Shown here one piece after another: positions 39,995 through 53,616 of a DNA stretch of 64,000 nt (position 1 is the stretch's first letter; the number at the start of each line of letters is the position of its first letter). The stretch covers positions 16,430,001-16,494,000 of the forward strand of contig NC_043001.1 in NCBI RefSeq assembly GCF_006345805.1, given 5' to 3'. Below the pieces are notes generated by a model. That model was not told the origin of the DNA. It did no database searches and was given only the letters and a program-made list of their open reading frames with translations. This DNA is from Octopus sinensis. Taxonomy: Eukaryota. A program made the position numbers and the translations under genes.

Positions 39995-40445
39995 TACATT
40001 CATATATAAGCTGAACTATTGAGAAATTTACAGTTACTCTATCCAGATTACAACTTCAAGTTTATACCTGTAATAATTCGGGTACTGGAATATTTAACAC
40101 ACTGCCTAAATACCAACCTTTAAAAATTAGGCTTGTCAAAATCAGAAAGGAGAAAAGTAATTCGAAGACTACAGATCCAATCCATCACTGGAACTGTAAA
40201 AATCTGTAAAACTTTCCAGAAGTTTATCATTTAAATATATAAGAGCATGTTTAGATATGCAACTATATGTATGCATGAGAATACATACATAAAACAAAAC
40301 ACACAAATCTGCACATCTACACACACACACATACATACATACATACCCTGTTGATGTTGTTGAAATTCCAAAGAAGGAACCTTGGATCTAGGTTAGAAAC
40401 CGGCTCCTCTATTGGCAAGAAATCTTGAAATAAAACTGAATAATT
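39995..40445 (+). mobile_element. R4/Dong-like (RLE-type) LINE 3' fragment
   Basis: ELLRNLQLLYPDYNFKFIPVII...LQIQSITGTVKICKTFQKFII* resembles the C-terminus of RLE-bearing non-LTR elements, followed by a 3' UTR-like segment. Confidence 0.65.
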
Positions 40446-41269
40446 ATACACACACCCACCCACACAAACACTCTAAGACACACACACAATGAGCTTCTGT
40501 TCAGTTTCCGTGTACCAATCTCCACGAATAAAATGTTGATAAACTCAAAGCTAAGGTAGAAAAGGTAGAAAACACTTTCTATAAGTATCTCCTTGCAATA
40601 GGATCGAACTGGGAAACATATGGCTGTGAAGCAAACGTCTTAATCACACAGCCATGACCGCTTCTATGTGATGCTAACATTAACACAAATGTTGTTGTTT
40701 GTTGTCTTAAGCCCGAAGAATCAAACAGAGGTCATGATACAAAGGGTTCGGACTGCAATAATCTAGGTCAGGGCACCAGAAGTTATTTATCACTTCCAAA
40801 CAGAGCTTTGACAAACCTGTTGTTTCTGTGAGCAAGCATTTATAGAAAGGAGATGAGACGCTAATCATCACCGTGGTTTAAGTAAACATCAAACAAACAC
40901 AAGTATAACAACACCTCCTCTTCCCCCCATCTTCATCCTCCTCCTCCTCTCTCTCTAGCTTGCTCTCTCATGACGTCATCATATACGTAATGTTTGCCGA
41001 GGGAGAACGAGTTAAGAGGTTTGTAAATGATATAAGGAAAAGCAAAAATGGAAAGTTCAAACAACACACACGCACACACGCACACACACTCACAGACACA
41101 CACACCACACACACACACACCACACACGAACACAAACAAACAAACACACACACACACACGCACACCTTACAACCAAACAATAATTAATTAGAGTATGGAG
41201 TTGTAAGAGAAAAAAGATTGAGACTGTCAATGGCGATTCTCCTTATATCAGCCGTCTTTAAAAAAAAGA

Positions 41270-41270
41270 G

Positions 41271-41303
<33 letters not shown>

Positions 41304-41456
41304 GTTGCTACTACTACTACTACTACTACTACCACTGTTGCTACTACTACTACTAATACTACTTCTACTACCACCACCACCACCGCCAACTACTACTCTA
41401 CTACTACTGCTACTACTACTACTATTACTACTACTACTACTACTACCACCACCACC

Positions 41457-41498
<42 letters not shown>

Positions 41499-41560
41499 GC
41501 TACTGCTGCTGCTGCTGCTGCTACTGCGGCTGCTGCTGCTGCTGCTACTGCGGCTGCTGT
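41270..41560. repeat. (CTA)n/(CCA)n/(CTG)n compound trinucleotide repeat
   Basis: Read directly; source of the poly-S and poly-L ORFs. Confidence 0.95.
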
Positions 41561-41650
41561 TGAAGCAGAATACAGTAATTAACTGCAGGATACACAGAGG
41601 TTCTGAAGAAATAACCAATGACATTATTTCTGACTGTCAAAAGTATATAT

Positions 41651-41955
41651 AGGCGCAGGAGTGGCTGTGTGGTAAGTATCTTGCTTACCAACCACATGGT
41701 TCCGGGTTCAGTCCCACTGCGTGGCATCTTGGGCAAGTGTCTTCTGCTATAGCTCCGGGCCGACCAAAGCCTTGTGAGTGGATTTGGTAGACGGAAACTG
41801 AAAGAGGCCTGTCGTATATATGTATATATATATATATATATATTATATAATATATATCATATATATAATATATATAATTATATATTTGTCGTATATATGT
41901 TATATATTATATATATAGTTATTTTAATATTTCTATATATATAATATATATATAG

Positions 41956-41987
<32 letters not shown>

Positions 41988-42212
41988 TGTGTATATGTTT
42001 GTGTGTCTGTGTTGTCCCCCTAGCATTGCTTGACAACTGATGCTGGTGTGTTTACGTCCCCGTCACTTAGCGGTTCGGCAAAAGAGACCGATAGAATAAG
42101 TACTGGGCTTACAAAGAATAAGTCCCGGTGTCGATTTGCTCGACTAAAGGCGGTGCTCCAGCATGGCTGCAGTCAAATGACTGAAACAAGTAAAAGAGTA
42201 AAAGAGTAAAAA
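41651..42212 (+). mobile_element. SINE family A with expanded internal (TA)n
   Basis: Full head and tail, internal array about 170 bp. Confidence 0.9.
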
Positions 42213-42524
42213 AAGAGAGAGCACACCTGTTTACACCGTAAGCGGGAGACAATCACCGCCATCTCCGCTGCCAGGATCTATCAGATCACTCGACTTTTAC
42301 CTTCTTCGACCTTGTCAGTAAAACATGGGTGCATATGCACCACAACACCATAGGAGAGATTCCCTCATAGTAAATATCGCTGTATTTTGCGTTCAAATGC
42401 AGCTTCCACTTTTAAGTGGTGATAAATATTACCTTTTGGTAACAATATTGCTTCTGTCGCTTTAATTATTTTTTTAATAAGCCGATTGTATCTGATTCTA
42501 TGATACTGTGATGCTATGTATATC

Positions 42525-42745
42525 TATTTCTATATTACCCACAAGGGGCTAAACACAGAGGGGACAAACAAGGACAGACATAGGTATTAAGTCGATTACA
42601 TCGACCCCAGTGCGTAACTGGTACTTAATTTATCGACCCCGAAAGGATGAAAGGCAAAGTCGACCTCGGCGGAACTTGAACTCACACAACATAACGGCTA
42701 CGCATTTCGCTCTGCGTGCTAACGTTTCTGCCAGCTCGTCGCCTT
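42525..42745 (-). mobile_element. SINE family B
   Basis: Reverse complement of the family body. Confidence 0.85.
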
Positions 42746-43028
42746 CCTGTGATGCTATGTATATCGCTAGCGGGGCTGTTACTATTATTTCCAGTAATCA
42801 GGTATCTACCATTGACAAGGCCAAAGAAGGACGAAATCATGTGATCTGGTAGTGCTGGAAGCAGGAATGGTGGTGGTTGTCTCCTGCGAGCGGTGTAAAG
42901 AAGAGTGCTCAGATGTAGCACAAAACCATATGAAAATTTCTCTCGTGCTAAATATCGGAGTATTTTATGTTTTATGTGGCGATGGATTTTTTCCTTTTTG
43001 GTGTTAATATTGGTTTAGTCGCTTACAT

Positions 43029-43104
<76 letters not shown>

Positions 43105-43879
43105 AGAGACACACACACAGACACACACACTCATCTACACAGAATGTGGTCATTAAAGACAGCATGTTCAACTGTTCGAATAAAAGTGGGACTGGTCGTA
43201 GTTAGAAAGCCTTTAAGTATGTCAGGTCATTGCTGATCTGGGGCTACATAACAAGAATGACAATCTATGAGTTGAGGAATTTTTCTCTCTTTGTATCAGC
43301 GGTACCAAAGTTTTTTGTAAATGCATTAGGACTGACTTTCTTGCTTTGAGCAAGTTTTAGAAAGAGAAACCAGCCTCCTTTCTCGAGGGAGCAGCATGAT
43401 GGAATAGCATCTCAGGATAAAACCCATTAGAAAGAGTACAAATATATAGAAGGAATATATTTTTAAAGTAAAAGATAAATGTAAGCATAGCTGTGTGATT
43501 AAGGAGTTTTCTCAAGTTCCAAATGTGAATTTGTCTGTTAACTACATCCCAAAGATGGAGCTTTATCTATTTGTTGAAAACCGGCACCCTCCTCAGTGGA
43601 AGAATTATAATAATTAAAAAATAGAAGAGACATACATATAAATGATGGATCTCTAATAGCTTAGGTCTTCCATTTCGTACAATATTTTAGAGCGTGACAC
43701 ATGATCTGCTACTGAAGACCCACGAAGGAATTTGGTAGAGGAAAACTGTGTATCGTATTAAGTGTGTGTATGTGCATGTGTGTGTGTGTTTGTGTATATA
43801 TGAATACGAGCAACCCTCCCCCCCCTTCCAATGGACGGTGCTGAGTCGTGAAACATTTAAACCAAATTTTTTCAAAGCA

Positions 43880-44175
43880 ACTTGCCCGACCGTCCCATAG
43901 GCCTCCCTTTTGAGAAACACTGATTTAACCTAAATTTGAGACACCAACAAAAGAAGAAATAAAGATAGACTTTTTTCTATTCTAAGAAAAACGATTTTAC
44001 AAATGCACGTTCCCACAGTTTTATCGATCGCATTCTCACCTGTAATTTTTTCAAGACTTATAGACGCCGTGATACCGTCGGTATCTACATATCAAATTTG
44101 AGCGCAATCGGATGGAGGATGCCCGAGATCCTAGAAGACACACACAGACAGACAGAACGGATTTTATATAATAGA
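43880..44175 (-). mobile_element. Helitron-like 5' fragment (different family)
   Basis: Minus strand A|TCtattatataaaatccgttctgtctgtctgtgtgtgtc; no CTAG 3' end found. Confidence 0.5.
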
Positions 44176-44484
44176 TGTGTATGAGTGTGTGCGTGTGTGT
44201 TTTGGAGAAACAAAAGAATCCAACAAAAAACAAAGTAATGTGGTCGATTTGTTCGACTAAATCTTTCAAGGTGGTGATCCAGCATGGCCGTAAGAGAGAG
44301 TTATATATCTATTTTATAACGGCATTATAGGTCGGTTCTGTAAGCGACATAGTTTCACAGTTTGGTATTTATTTTCCAATTCTAATTCGTTTTGTCTGGC
44401 CTAATGCTATGATTACGAATATGCAAGTAGTTTAAACTAGAACAGCCATTTTTCTTGAATTGCATTCATACACAAATAGTTTAT

Positions 44485-45020
44485 CTTTTACTTGTTTCAG
44501 TCATTGGACTGCAGCCATTGTGGGGCACCGTCTTGAACAGTTTTAGTCGACCGAATCGCACCAAATAATTTTTGTCTGGACCTTATTCTACCGGCCTCCT
44601 TTTCCCAGTGGCTAAGTTACTGGGACATAAACAAACTCACACACACACACACACATATACACACACAAACACACACACGCATACACAGATACATATACAC
44701 ACACACACACGCATACACAGATACACATACACACATAAACACACATATACACACACATAAACACACATACACACACACAAACACACATACACACACACAT
44801 ACACACACACACACGCACACGCACACGCACACACACACACACGCACGCGCACACACGACGAGCTTCCTCAGTTTACGCCTACGAATTCATTCGCTTCACT
44901 CCTAATGTATTAGGCGACAAATTGCTACAGTAGAAGATATTTGCTCGAAGTGCCGGGCAGTGGGTCCGAACCCAAGACCATGTGCTTGCAAGACTAGCTT
45001 CTTAAACACACAGCCATGTC
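44485..45020 (-). mobile_element. Diverged SINE family A with (CA)n core
   Basis: Degenerate tail and head recognisable. Confidence 0.7.
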
Positions 45021-45780
45021 CGAAAAATATTTCTAGCATTATTTTCCACGCGAACGAATACTATTAAGGCTTGGGCTGCCCCCAACACAAGACGATTAAC
45101 TTTATTAATTGTCCTTCATCCCAACAATAATCTGTTTTATTGAAACTTGCAGTCATGGATCATTTGAAGACTTCTATCGATCGCATCATAATGTATTCCA
45201 TAGATTCATCCTCAACTAACCACTATTCATTGACTGAACAGCTGTCGAATTACTGATAACACTCGACCGAATTAAACATTTTCTGCTGTCAATAGCAACA
45301 CTCCATTTAGGTCGACAAATGTAATAGGGAAAGGAAGTGAAGAGGGAGCTGATAAAGCTTAATTTTATTGACTTGTTGCTCTTAAGTTTTTCTTTTCCTT
45401 CTGAAGTAAACACTTTTCTATGAAGATGGTATTGAAGGGTGTGATATGTATTGGATAACAGAAATGAATAAAAAGAGTTACTGTTTATTGGCAGGAAAAA
45501 GGTTCGGTATCGGCTTTGTTTCAGGCATTTTCTGATGATCTGAAAAAAAAGAAGGATAGGTTCGTAGCTTTATAAAAAACCGAAAAAATTGATAAATAAT
45601 TGATGAATCCCATCTACCGCACCTCGCAAAAATGATAACTGTGCATACATTTACGAACGTATAGGAATATTCAGACACGAACATAAACAAATACGTAAAT
45701 TGCACGCACATATACAGATGTAGGTGCGTGTGTTCCGGGATTAAGCATGTTTACATGCATGCAGGCATGCACACATACAA

Positions 45781-45876
<96 letters not shown>

Positions 45877-45903
45877 TATATATATATATATATAAAAAAA
45901 AAA

Positions 45904-45967
<64 letters not shown>

Positions 45968-45971
45968 ATGT

Positions 45972-46003
<32 letters not shown>

Positions 46004-46070
46004 GTATATGTATATATATATGTATATGTATATGTATATCTATATCTATATCTATATCTATATATAGATA

Positions 46071-46131
<61 letters not shown>

Positions 46132-46359
46132 CATATATATATATATATATTACACACACACATATACATGTATATATACATACACACATATATGTGTGGC
46201 AGTGTATGTATATTTATATTTTAACGCTCAGTCAGAAGAAAAAAAAGGGGCAGCGCTTAATGCTCTTTTAGGAGTCTTCCAGATTGGGGGGAGGAAGGAA
46301 GGAAACTATTCACAGAACGGGGATATTTAGCGAATGCTTTTGGTAAAATATTTTCTTAT

Positions 46360-46772
46360 TTCTTTATTACCCACCAGAGTCTAAACATAGAGGGGACAAA
46401 CAAAGATAGACAAAGGGATTAAGTCGATTACATCGACCCCAGTGCGTAACTGGTATTTAATTTATCGACCCCGAAAGGATGAAAGGTAAAGTCGACCTCG
46501 GCGGAATTTGAACTCAAAACGTAACGGCAGACGAAATACATATTTCTTTACTACCCATAAGGGGCTAAACACAGAGGGGACAAACAAGGACAGACAAACG
46601 GATTAAGTCGATTACATCGACCCAGTGCGTAACTGGTACTTATTTAATCGACCCCAAAAGGATGAAAAGCAAAGTCGACCTCGGCGGAATTTGAACTCAG
46701 AACGTAACGGCAGACGAAATACGGCTACGCATTTCGCCCGGCGTGCTAACATTTCTGCCAGCTCGTCGCCTT
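46360..46772 (-). mobile_element. SINE family B tandem dimer
   Basis: Two units about 184 bp apart; junction gacgaaatac|atatttctttactac. Confidence 0.88.
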
Positions 46773-47961
46773 CTTTGTCGAATATTTTCTACTATTGCAA
46801 TGATGAACGATACACACAAACGATGAAGCAGCAAAGGAAATTACGATGATAATGGCCCATGCTAGTCGTAGTAGTAGTTGTAATAATAATGTTTTCAAAT
46901 TTTGGCACAAGGCCAGCAATTTCAGGGAGAGGCTAAATCGTAATTCCGTTGCCAAATAAGCTACCGTAAATAATACGTTTTTAATATGGATAACTGGATA
47001 TCAGCTCACTCTTCTGCTTAATTTTTAATAATTCAAGTTAAAATATTAAGATTTTTTTTATAAGGAAAGAATACATTTATGAGAGCTGTTAGTATAGGCT
47101 AAGTCAGTTTCGAAGATTGATAAATTCACTCTGAAAGTGTTTTTATATAGCTGTTCAGATCGCAATCATATTGCGAGATAAAGTTGTATTACGAGTGTGT
47201 ATGGTGAATATATCTATCCTTAAACGTGTCTGCACTGAAGTCATTGAATTTTCTTTCAAATCTATCGTTCGCGGAACACTAACCATCAAAAGGACAAGAT
47301 GAGATATTTGTAGTATTACTGTAGTTGCACTGAGGGAATAATTTTGCGTATGTTTATTTGTTGTTGATCTTGGTTAAGGTAGTAACCAGATTGGGTGTAT
47401 TAGCGCAGATGCATTTGATATTATTTAGACTGAAGAGTTTGTAACAAGAATGAGTTTTAGGGAAATGTTTGCATGAAAGATAAAGAGATTTCTTGGTTTT
47501 ATTTAATGTTACTTTTAAACTAGAAGGATTGAATCAAATGACATATGATTCCCTTTTTCTTTTTAAATTATTTTATGTTAAATATATTGTATTGAGAAAA
47601 TCTTTAGATCCGTCCCCTTTTTTTAGTGACGGTACTGGAATAGGAGCAGGGTCAAATCAACAAATGTAGTGACATATATACAACCATACAGTGATACAGA
47701 TATGACACCGCAGATTCAAAATCCGTGTTTAAATTTCACTTGTAAGTATTAAAGGACAAACTGAACTTACTTTGCTTGCTGGAAATCAGTGACCGATGGT
47801 CACTTTGTTTACAATTTAATGTTAGTAGTAGCTATCTGGCTATCGCTCTGGTGCGAAGGAGCACGCGACTGAAGAGGAGCCAAATAGCTCGAAACATGAA
47901 GGAGGCTGCCGAATGTTACAACTAGTTTAGCCCCAGGCAGATTCTCAGCTGGTTACGAAGG

Positions 47962-48209
47962 CAAAAGAATTAGGAATTATGTCATGAACTTCATTAGCTT
48001 ACAGCTGTTACTGCTATAAGATGCAAAGCACTCGTAGTTGAGTGCTTGTGTATCACATTGTAGTATAATCGGAGCTTTAAAAATTTCACTTCATATTTGA
48101 AATAATGCTATACCGTGATACACAAGCACACAACTATAAGTGCATTGCATCTGATTGCGGAAACAGCTGTAAGCTAATGGATTTCATGGCATAATTTCTT
48201 ATTCCTTTG
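47962..48209. mobile_element. MITE-like foldback element (copy 1)
   Basis: About 95-bp imperfect inverted arms (47962-48056 / 48115-48209). Confidence 0.7.
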
Positions 48210-49159
48210 TTTTTTTCTTATTTCTACTCTGTACTCAACTGACGCTTTGTTCTAAAGCATTCCTACATAGAGTTTTAGCACCACGGGTTTAGTATTACTA
48301 TGCTCAAGTGAAGTGATAATATATATATATTATATATATATGTATCACCGTGATCGACCAGGCTATCAGATGTTGCTAGAGCTGTTAGTATAGGCTATAT
48401 CGGTTTCGAAGATTGATAAATTCACTCTGAAAGTGTTTATATATTGCTGTTCAGATCGCAATCATATTGCGAGATAAAGTTGTATTACGAGTGTGTATGG
48501 TGAATATATCTATCCTTAAACGTGTCTGCACTGAAGTCATTGAATTTTCTTTCAAATCTATCTTTCGTGGAACACTAACCATCAAAAGGACAAGATGAGA
48601 TATTTGTAGTATTACTGTAGTTGCACTGAGGGAATAATTTTTGCGTATGTTTATTTGTTGTTGATCTTGGTTAAGGTAGTAACCAGATTGGGTGTATTAG
48701 CGCAGATGCATTTGATATTATTTAGACTGAAGAGTTTGTAACAAGAATGAGCTTTAGGGAAATGTTTGCATGAAAGATAAAGAGATTTCTTGGTTTTATT
48801 TAATGTTACTTTTAAACTAGAAGGATTGAATCAAATGACATATGATTCTCTTTTTCTTTTTAAATTATTTTATGTTAAATATATTGTATTGAGAAAATCT
48901 TTAGATCCGTCCCCTTTTTTTAGTGACGGTACTGGAATAGGAGCAGGGTCAAATCAACAAATGTAGTGACATATATACAACCATACAATGATACAGATAG
49001 GACACCGCAGATTCAAAATCCGTGTTTAAATTTCACTTGTAAGCATTAAAGGACAAACTGAACTTACTTTGCTTGCTGCAAATCAGTGGCCGATGGTCGC
49101 TTTGTTTACAATTTAATGTTAGTAGTAGCTATCTGGCTATCACTCTGGTGCGGAGGAGC

Positions 49160-49207
49160 ACGCGACTGAAGAGAGGCCAAATAGCTCGAAACTGACTCAG
49201 TAATACC
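49160..49207 (+). ncRNA. Hammerhead ribozyme-like motif (best copy of three in the cluster)
   Basis: CTGAAGA (49166-49172), gag...ctc, GAAA (49188-49191), ctg act cag T A; GUA triplet ending 49202; helix I imperfect. Confidence 0.55.
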
Positions 49208-49763
49208 ACAAATATCTCATCTTATCCTTTTGATGGTTAGTGTTCCGCGAACGATAGATTTGAAAGAAAATTCAATGACTTCAGTGCAGACACGTTTAAG
49301 GATAGATATATTCACCATACACACTCGTAAGACAACTTTATCTTAACATGATTGCGATCTGAACAACAATATATAAACACTTTCAGAGTGAATTTATCAA
49401 TCTTCGAAACCGACATAGCCTATACTAACAGCTCTCATAAATGTATTCTTTCCTTATAAAAAAAATCTTAATATTTTAACTTGAATTACTAAAACTGACT
49501 CAGTTTCGAGCTATTTGGCTCCTCTTCAGTTACGTGCTCCTCCGCACCAGAGCGATAGCCAGATAGCTACTACTAACATTAAACTGTAAACAGAGTGACC
49601 ATCGGTCACTGATTTGCAGCAAGCAAAGTAACTAGCTATAAAATCTGAAGAAAATATAGAATTGTAACGTATAATAAACAGTAAAGCTAGTCGCCACATG
49701 AAGGAGGTTGCCGAATGTTACAACTAGTTTAGCCCCAGGCAGATTCTCAGCTGGTTACGAACG

Positions 49764-50012
49764 CAAAAGAATTAGGAATTATGTCATGAACTTCATTAGC
49801 TTACAGCTGTTACTGCTATAAGATGCAAATCACTCGTGGTTGAGTGCTGGTGTATCACATTGTAGTATAATCGGAGCTTTAAAAAATTTCACTTCATATT
49901 TGAAATAATGCTATACCGTGATACACAAGCACACAACTATAAGTGCATTGCATCTGATTGCGGAAACAGCTGTAAGCTAATGGATTTCATGGCATAATTT
50001 CTTATTCCCTTG
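49764..50012. mobile_element. MITE-like foldback element (copy 2)
   Basis: Duplicate of 47962-48209. Confidence 0.7.
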
Positions 50013-50110
50013 TTTGAAATTCTGTACTCAACTGACGCTTTGTTCTGAAGCATACGTATATAGAGTTTTAACACCAAGTATTTAGTATTACTATGCCCAA
50101 GTGAAGTGAT

Positions 50111-50142
<32 letters not shown>

Positions 50143-50532
50143 TGATATATATATATATGCGTTATTTCTTTATTTTTTATTTATTTATTTAAAAATTTTA
50201 TAATTTTTTATATATCTTTTATTTGTTTCAGTCATTTGACTGCGGCCATGCTAGAGCACCGCCTTTAGTTGATCATATCGACCCCAGGACTTATTCTTTG
50301 TAAGCCTAGTACTTTATTCTATCGGTCTCTTTGCCAAACCGCTAAGTTACGGGGACGTAAACACACCAGAATCGGTTGTCAAGTGATGTTGGTGGAGACA
50401 GAGAGAGTTCTTGGCGCAGTATTATATATATTTGAAAGAATGAGTAGATTTAACTTTTTTGAGGGGATAATTTTAATTTAATCTTAAGATTAAAATGAGA
50501 ATTATCCCCTCAAAAAAGACATCGCTGCTCAT

Positions 50533-50574
<42 letters not shown>

Positions 50575-50580
50575 CTCTCT

Positions 50581-50589
<9 letters not shown>

Positions 50590-50618
<29 letters not shown>

Positions 50619-51300
50619 CAAAAACTGGGACAAGAACGCAAAACATCCAGACAGTTAGGTGAAACGAAAAAGATACAACAAAATATCCAGACAGACGTTA
50701 CAAGGAAAACAAGGACGGATCATTCGGAGTTTTCTATCCTCAGTCGAGTTCTAGATTATCTTTGCAATTTCGGCTGGTTATACTCAAAATTGCTCCAATC
50801 TGGCCAGCCCCAAGGAAAAAATAAGCTAGGAGCATTACATTTCTTGGAAGAAAGCAGCGAATGTATACGAAAAGAAGGACGGAAAAAACAGAGAAATGTT
50901 ACGCAAATCAAATAACAGGGCATAACAACAGGTGTCTTTCGACTAAGGACGATTAAATTAAGCTGGCGTGTGTGGAAGTAAAGTCTTACGGCAGAGACAT
51001 AAGATTTGACAGGCACAGGAAGGAATATAGATGTTGCACAGACAGTAGTCCAACCAAAAAAGAAAGGTCAGTCCTGGCCGAACAATGGTCACGTGGGGAG
51101 AGAAGAGAGAGGTAGAGACTGAGGGATAGAAGAATTAAGGAGGGGTGAGAGAAAAATGAAAGAGACACAGTGAAGTGAAAGAGCGAAAGTGAGTATGAAG
51201 AGAAGACCAGGAAATGTGAGAGAGCGGGAATAAAAGAACGAAGAGTGGAAGGAACGAAGTGTGAAAGGGCTGCTAGAAAGACGGATTCGGTGCGAATGGT
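50590..51300 (-). mobile_element. Probable Penelope-like non-coding remnant
   Basis: Purine-rich plus strand with degenerate ctgagga...cgaa motif on the minus strand; composition similar to 54930-55190. Confidence 0.35.
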
Positions 51301-51684
51301 TTTTACTACGGCGCCGTTTTAACAATCCTGTAAACAATAATAATGATATTTTCATATAAGCTTAAAGTTATGGCGATCACCGTGCAATGACTAAGGAAAA
51401 TTGTCTAATATATCTGCATATGATTTAGCGTAGCTATTGTACAACCAAAGACATCAGAGAAAGTAAAAAACGAAACGAAATTAGAAAATTGGTCACCTCA
51501 CAGTATCAGAAACTTGTTAAAGCATAAATGAATGAGTTAGAGAACATAAAAAAAGGGATATCTACAGTTTAGACCAACGACATAGCTCTGGGATCAGACG
51601 AAAGAAATTTTAATTTTATTAAATTTAGAACATGTGGACAATTTAGAAACAGTTAAGACTCTACTTCTTTAGAAGACGGGAGAG

Positions 51685-52095
51685 GTATGCAGTAATATAT
51701 ATCTGGAAGATCCTGGAAGGAATTGTGCCAAATTTTGGCATTGAAAGCAACACCAATGCCAGAACGGGACGGCCCAGCAATGCCATCACGCTTCAGGACC
51801 AGTTACTGCAACAGCCTGGGTTTCAAGGGCTCACAGCTTTTTAATATTCTCCCAAAGAGTTTGAGGAACTTGCACAAAGTAGATGTAGGGGCTTTTTAAA
51901 TCAAAACTGGACCTCTTCCTGTCGCGAGTCCCAGATGAACCTACTTCACGATAAGAGGTGCAAATGAGGGTAGCTATATCAAACTCCATTCTTCACTAAG
52001 TGCCACATATTAGAGGAGGCTCTTAGTAATAACAGCGTAGCAAAACGGCAGTGCATCAGCATGGCCACAGCTCTTAGCTGAAACTAGAGAAAAAA
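51685..52095 (+). mobile_element. Diverged 3' fragment of the CR1/L2-group LINE
   Basis: Matches 38480-38900 (YIWKILEG.VPNFGIES, YCNSLGFKG.QLFN, PDEPT) and ends in a related gcagtgcatcagcatggcc...gctgaaac tail. Confidence 0.85.
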
Positions 52096-52681
52096 AAAAT
52101 TCTCGATTACATATATTGTAATTTCATGAAATAAATCTTTCCTTTTAAGTTACCTGAGTATAAATCAACTTATCTTTTCTCCTCATCTATAAAGTTGATG
52201 TTCTTATGCTTCAGCACATGATGTTCTTATGCATATGCACGTGAATGTGTAAGGGTGTATGTGGGTGTGCGCGAGTGTGTTTATGTATGGATATGTACAA
52301 AAAGAAAACGAGCATAATTATATAAATACGAGCAGATTCATATACTAACACATGCGCGAGCACACACGCATATACACATATACACATACATGTCTAGCAC
52401 CATTTATCTTAGCCGCCAGCGGAGTGTTAGCTTGGTTGTGAATAAATACGTAGTTACAAACACTCTCAGGCAGACATATGTATGTATGACATTTACATAT
52501 GCATGGACGTGTGTGTGTGTGTGTGTATATATATAACAAACGGATGTGGGTTCGTGTCCTACGCGGATGGCAAAGCTACTTTTTTCTGTCGAGGGCTTGT
52601 ATTCCACATTATTAAACTATTTCCCTTAGTCATTGCACCACAGTGATCGTTATAAGCTTTAAGCTTATAAAAATACCATAG

Positions 52682-52715
<34 letters not shown>

Positions 52716-52798
52716 GTGTGTGTGTGTGTGTGTGTGTGATATATATTTATATACACGTATATACATATGTATATACATACATACATATATATAATATA

Positions 52799-52836
<38 letters not shown>

Positions 52837-52934
52837 TATATATATATACTTACGTATGTGTGTGTGCGTGCTGTATATATGTACATACTTTTCTCTGTTA
52901 TCTTTACTTGTTTGCCGATCGCTTCGGCAAAAGA

Positions 52935-53357
52935 GAATGATGATGAGTCAACGATTTCCCCTCACAGCTGCGATATTTTTCTCAGTTCTGCTAGTTGCGG
53001 GTCTCCCAGAACGTCCATCAATATCTGCATTTTTTTCGGACATCTTGGAAATGTATGAAACACTCGTACACTTGTGTGCCGCTCATACACTCCTCTCCAT
53101 ACACTTTAGGAAACTTTGCGTAGGCCTTTGAGCAGGTATCACCATGACAACCTTCTCTGTCGTGGTCAATGCGACGATCACACGCTACACACCTTCCTTC
53201 CAAGCACTGCTGTAAACATCGAAAGTGAGCTAGAACGTTAAAACTTAGTGCGCATGCACAGCAGAGTCCAAAGTCAATCTGTGCCGAGCGGCTTCACTCT
53301 GCATGGTTTAGCTTCGTTACTATGGCAACAGTCCGGATACTTATTGATCAGACCTAG
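52935..53357 (-). mobile_element. Mariner element, 5' part
   Basis: TA|ctaggtctgatcaataagtatccggac TIR; translation KVYGEECMSGTQVYE and GRSGRPATSRTEKNIAAV, typical of the mariner N-terminus. Confidence 0.85.
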
Positions 53358-53388
53358 TATTTATATATATTTATTCATATTTATTTAT

Positions 53389-53560
53389 AGGCGCACTAGT
53401 GGCTGTGTGGTAAGTAGCTTGCTTACTAACCACATGGTTCCGGGTTCATTCCCATTGCGTGGCACCTTGGGCAAGTGTCTTCTACTATAGCTTCGGGCCG
53501 ACCAAAGCCTTGTGAGTGAATTCGGTAGACGGAAACTGAAAGAAGCCCGTCGTATATATG

Positions 53561-53616
<56 letters not shown>

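Larger units (their letters stand above)
47022..50115. repeat. Tandem and inverted duplication cluster of a hammerhead-bearing Penelope-like non-coding element plus MITE
   Basis: A1 47022-47895, B1 47894-48320, A2 48378-49195, inverted A-head 49198-49494, inverted A-tail 49495-49630, B2 49696-50110. Confidence 0.85.

Noticed and set aside
40969-40980. Palindromic CRE-like site ATGACGTCAT with nearby forkhead-like GTAAACA
   Set aside because: Short motifs expected by chance in 64 kb; no linked promoter or gene.
41184-41652. Poly-Ser/Gly and poly-Leu ORFs (also poly-Val/Leu at 3322-3638)
   Set aside because: Trinucleotide repeats with no flanking coding signal.
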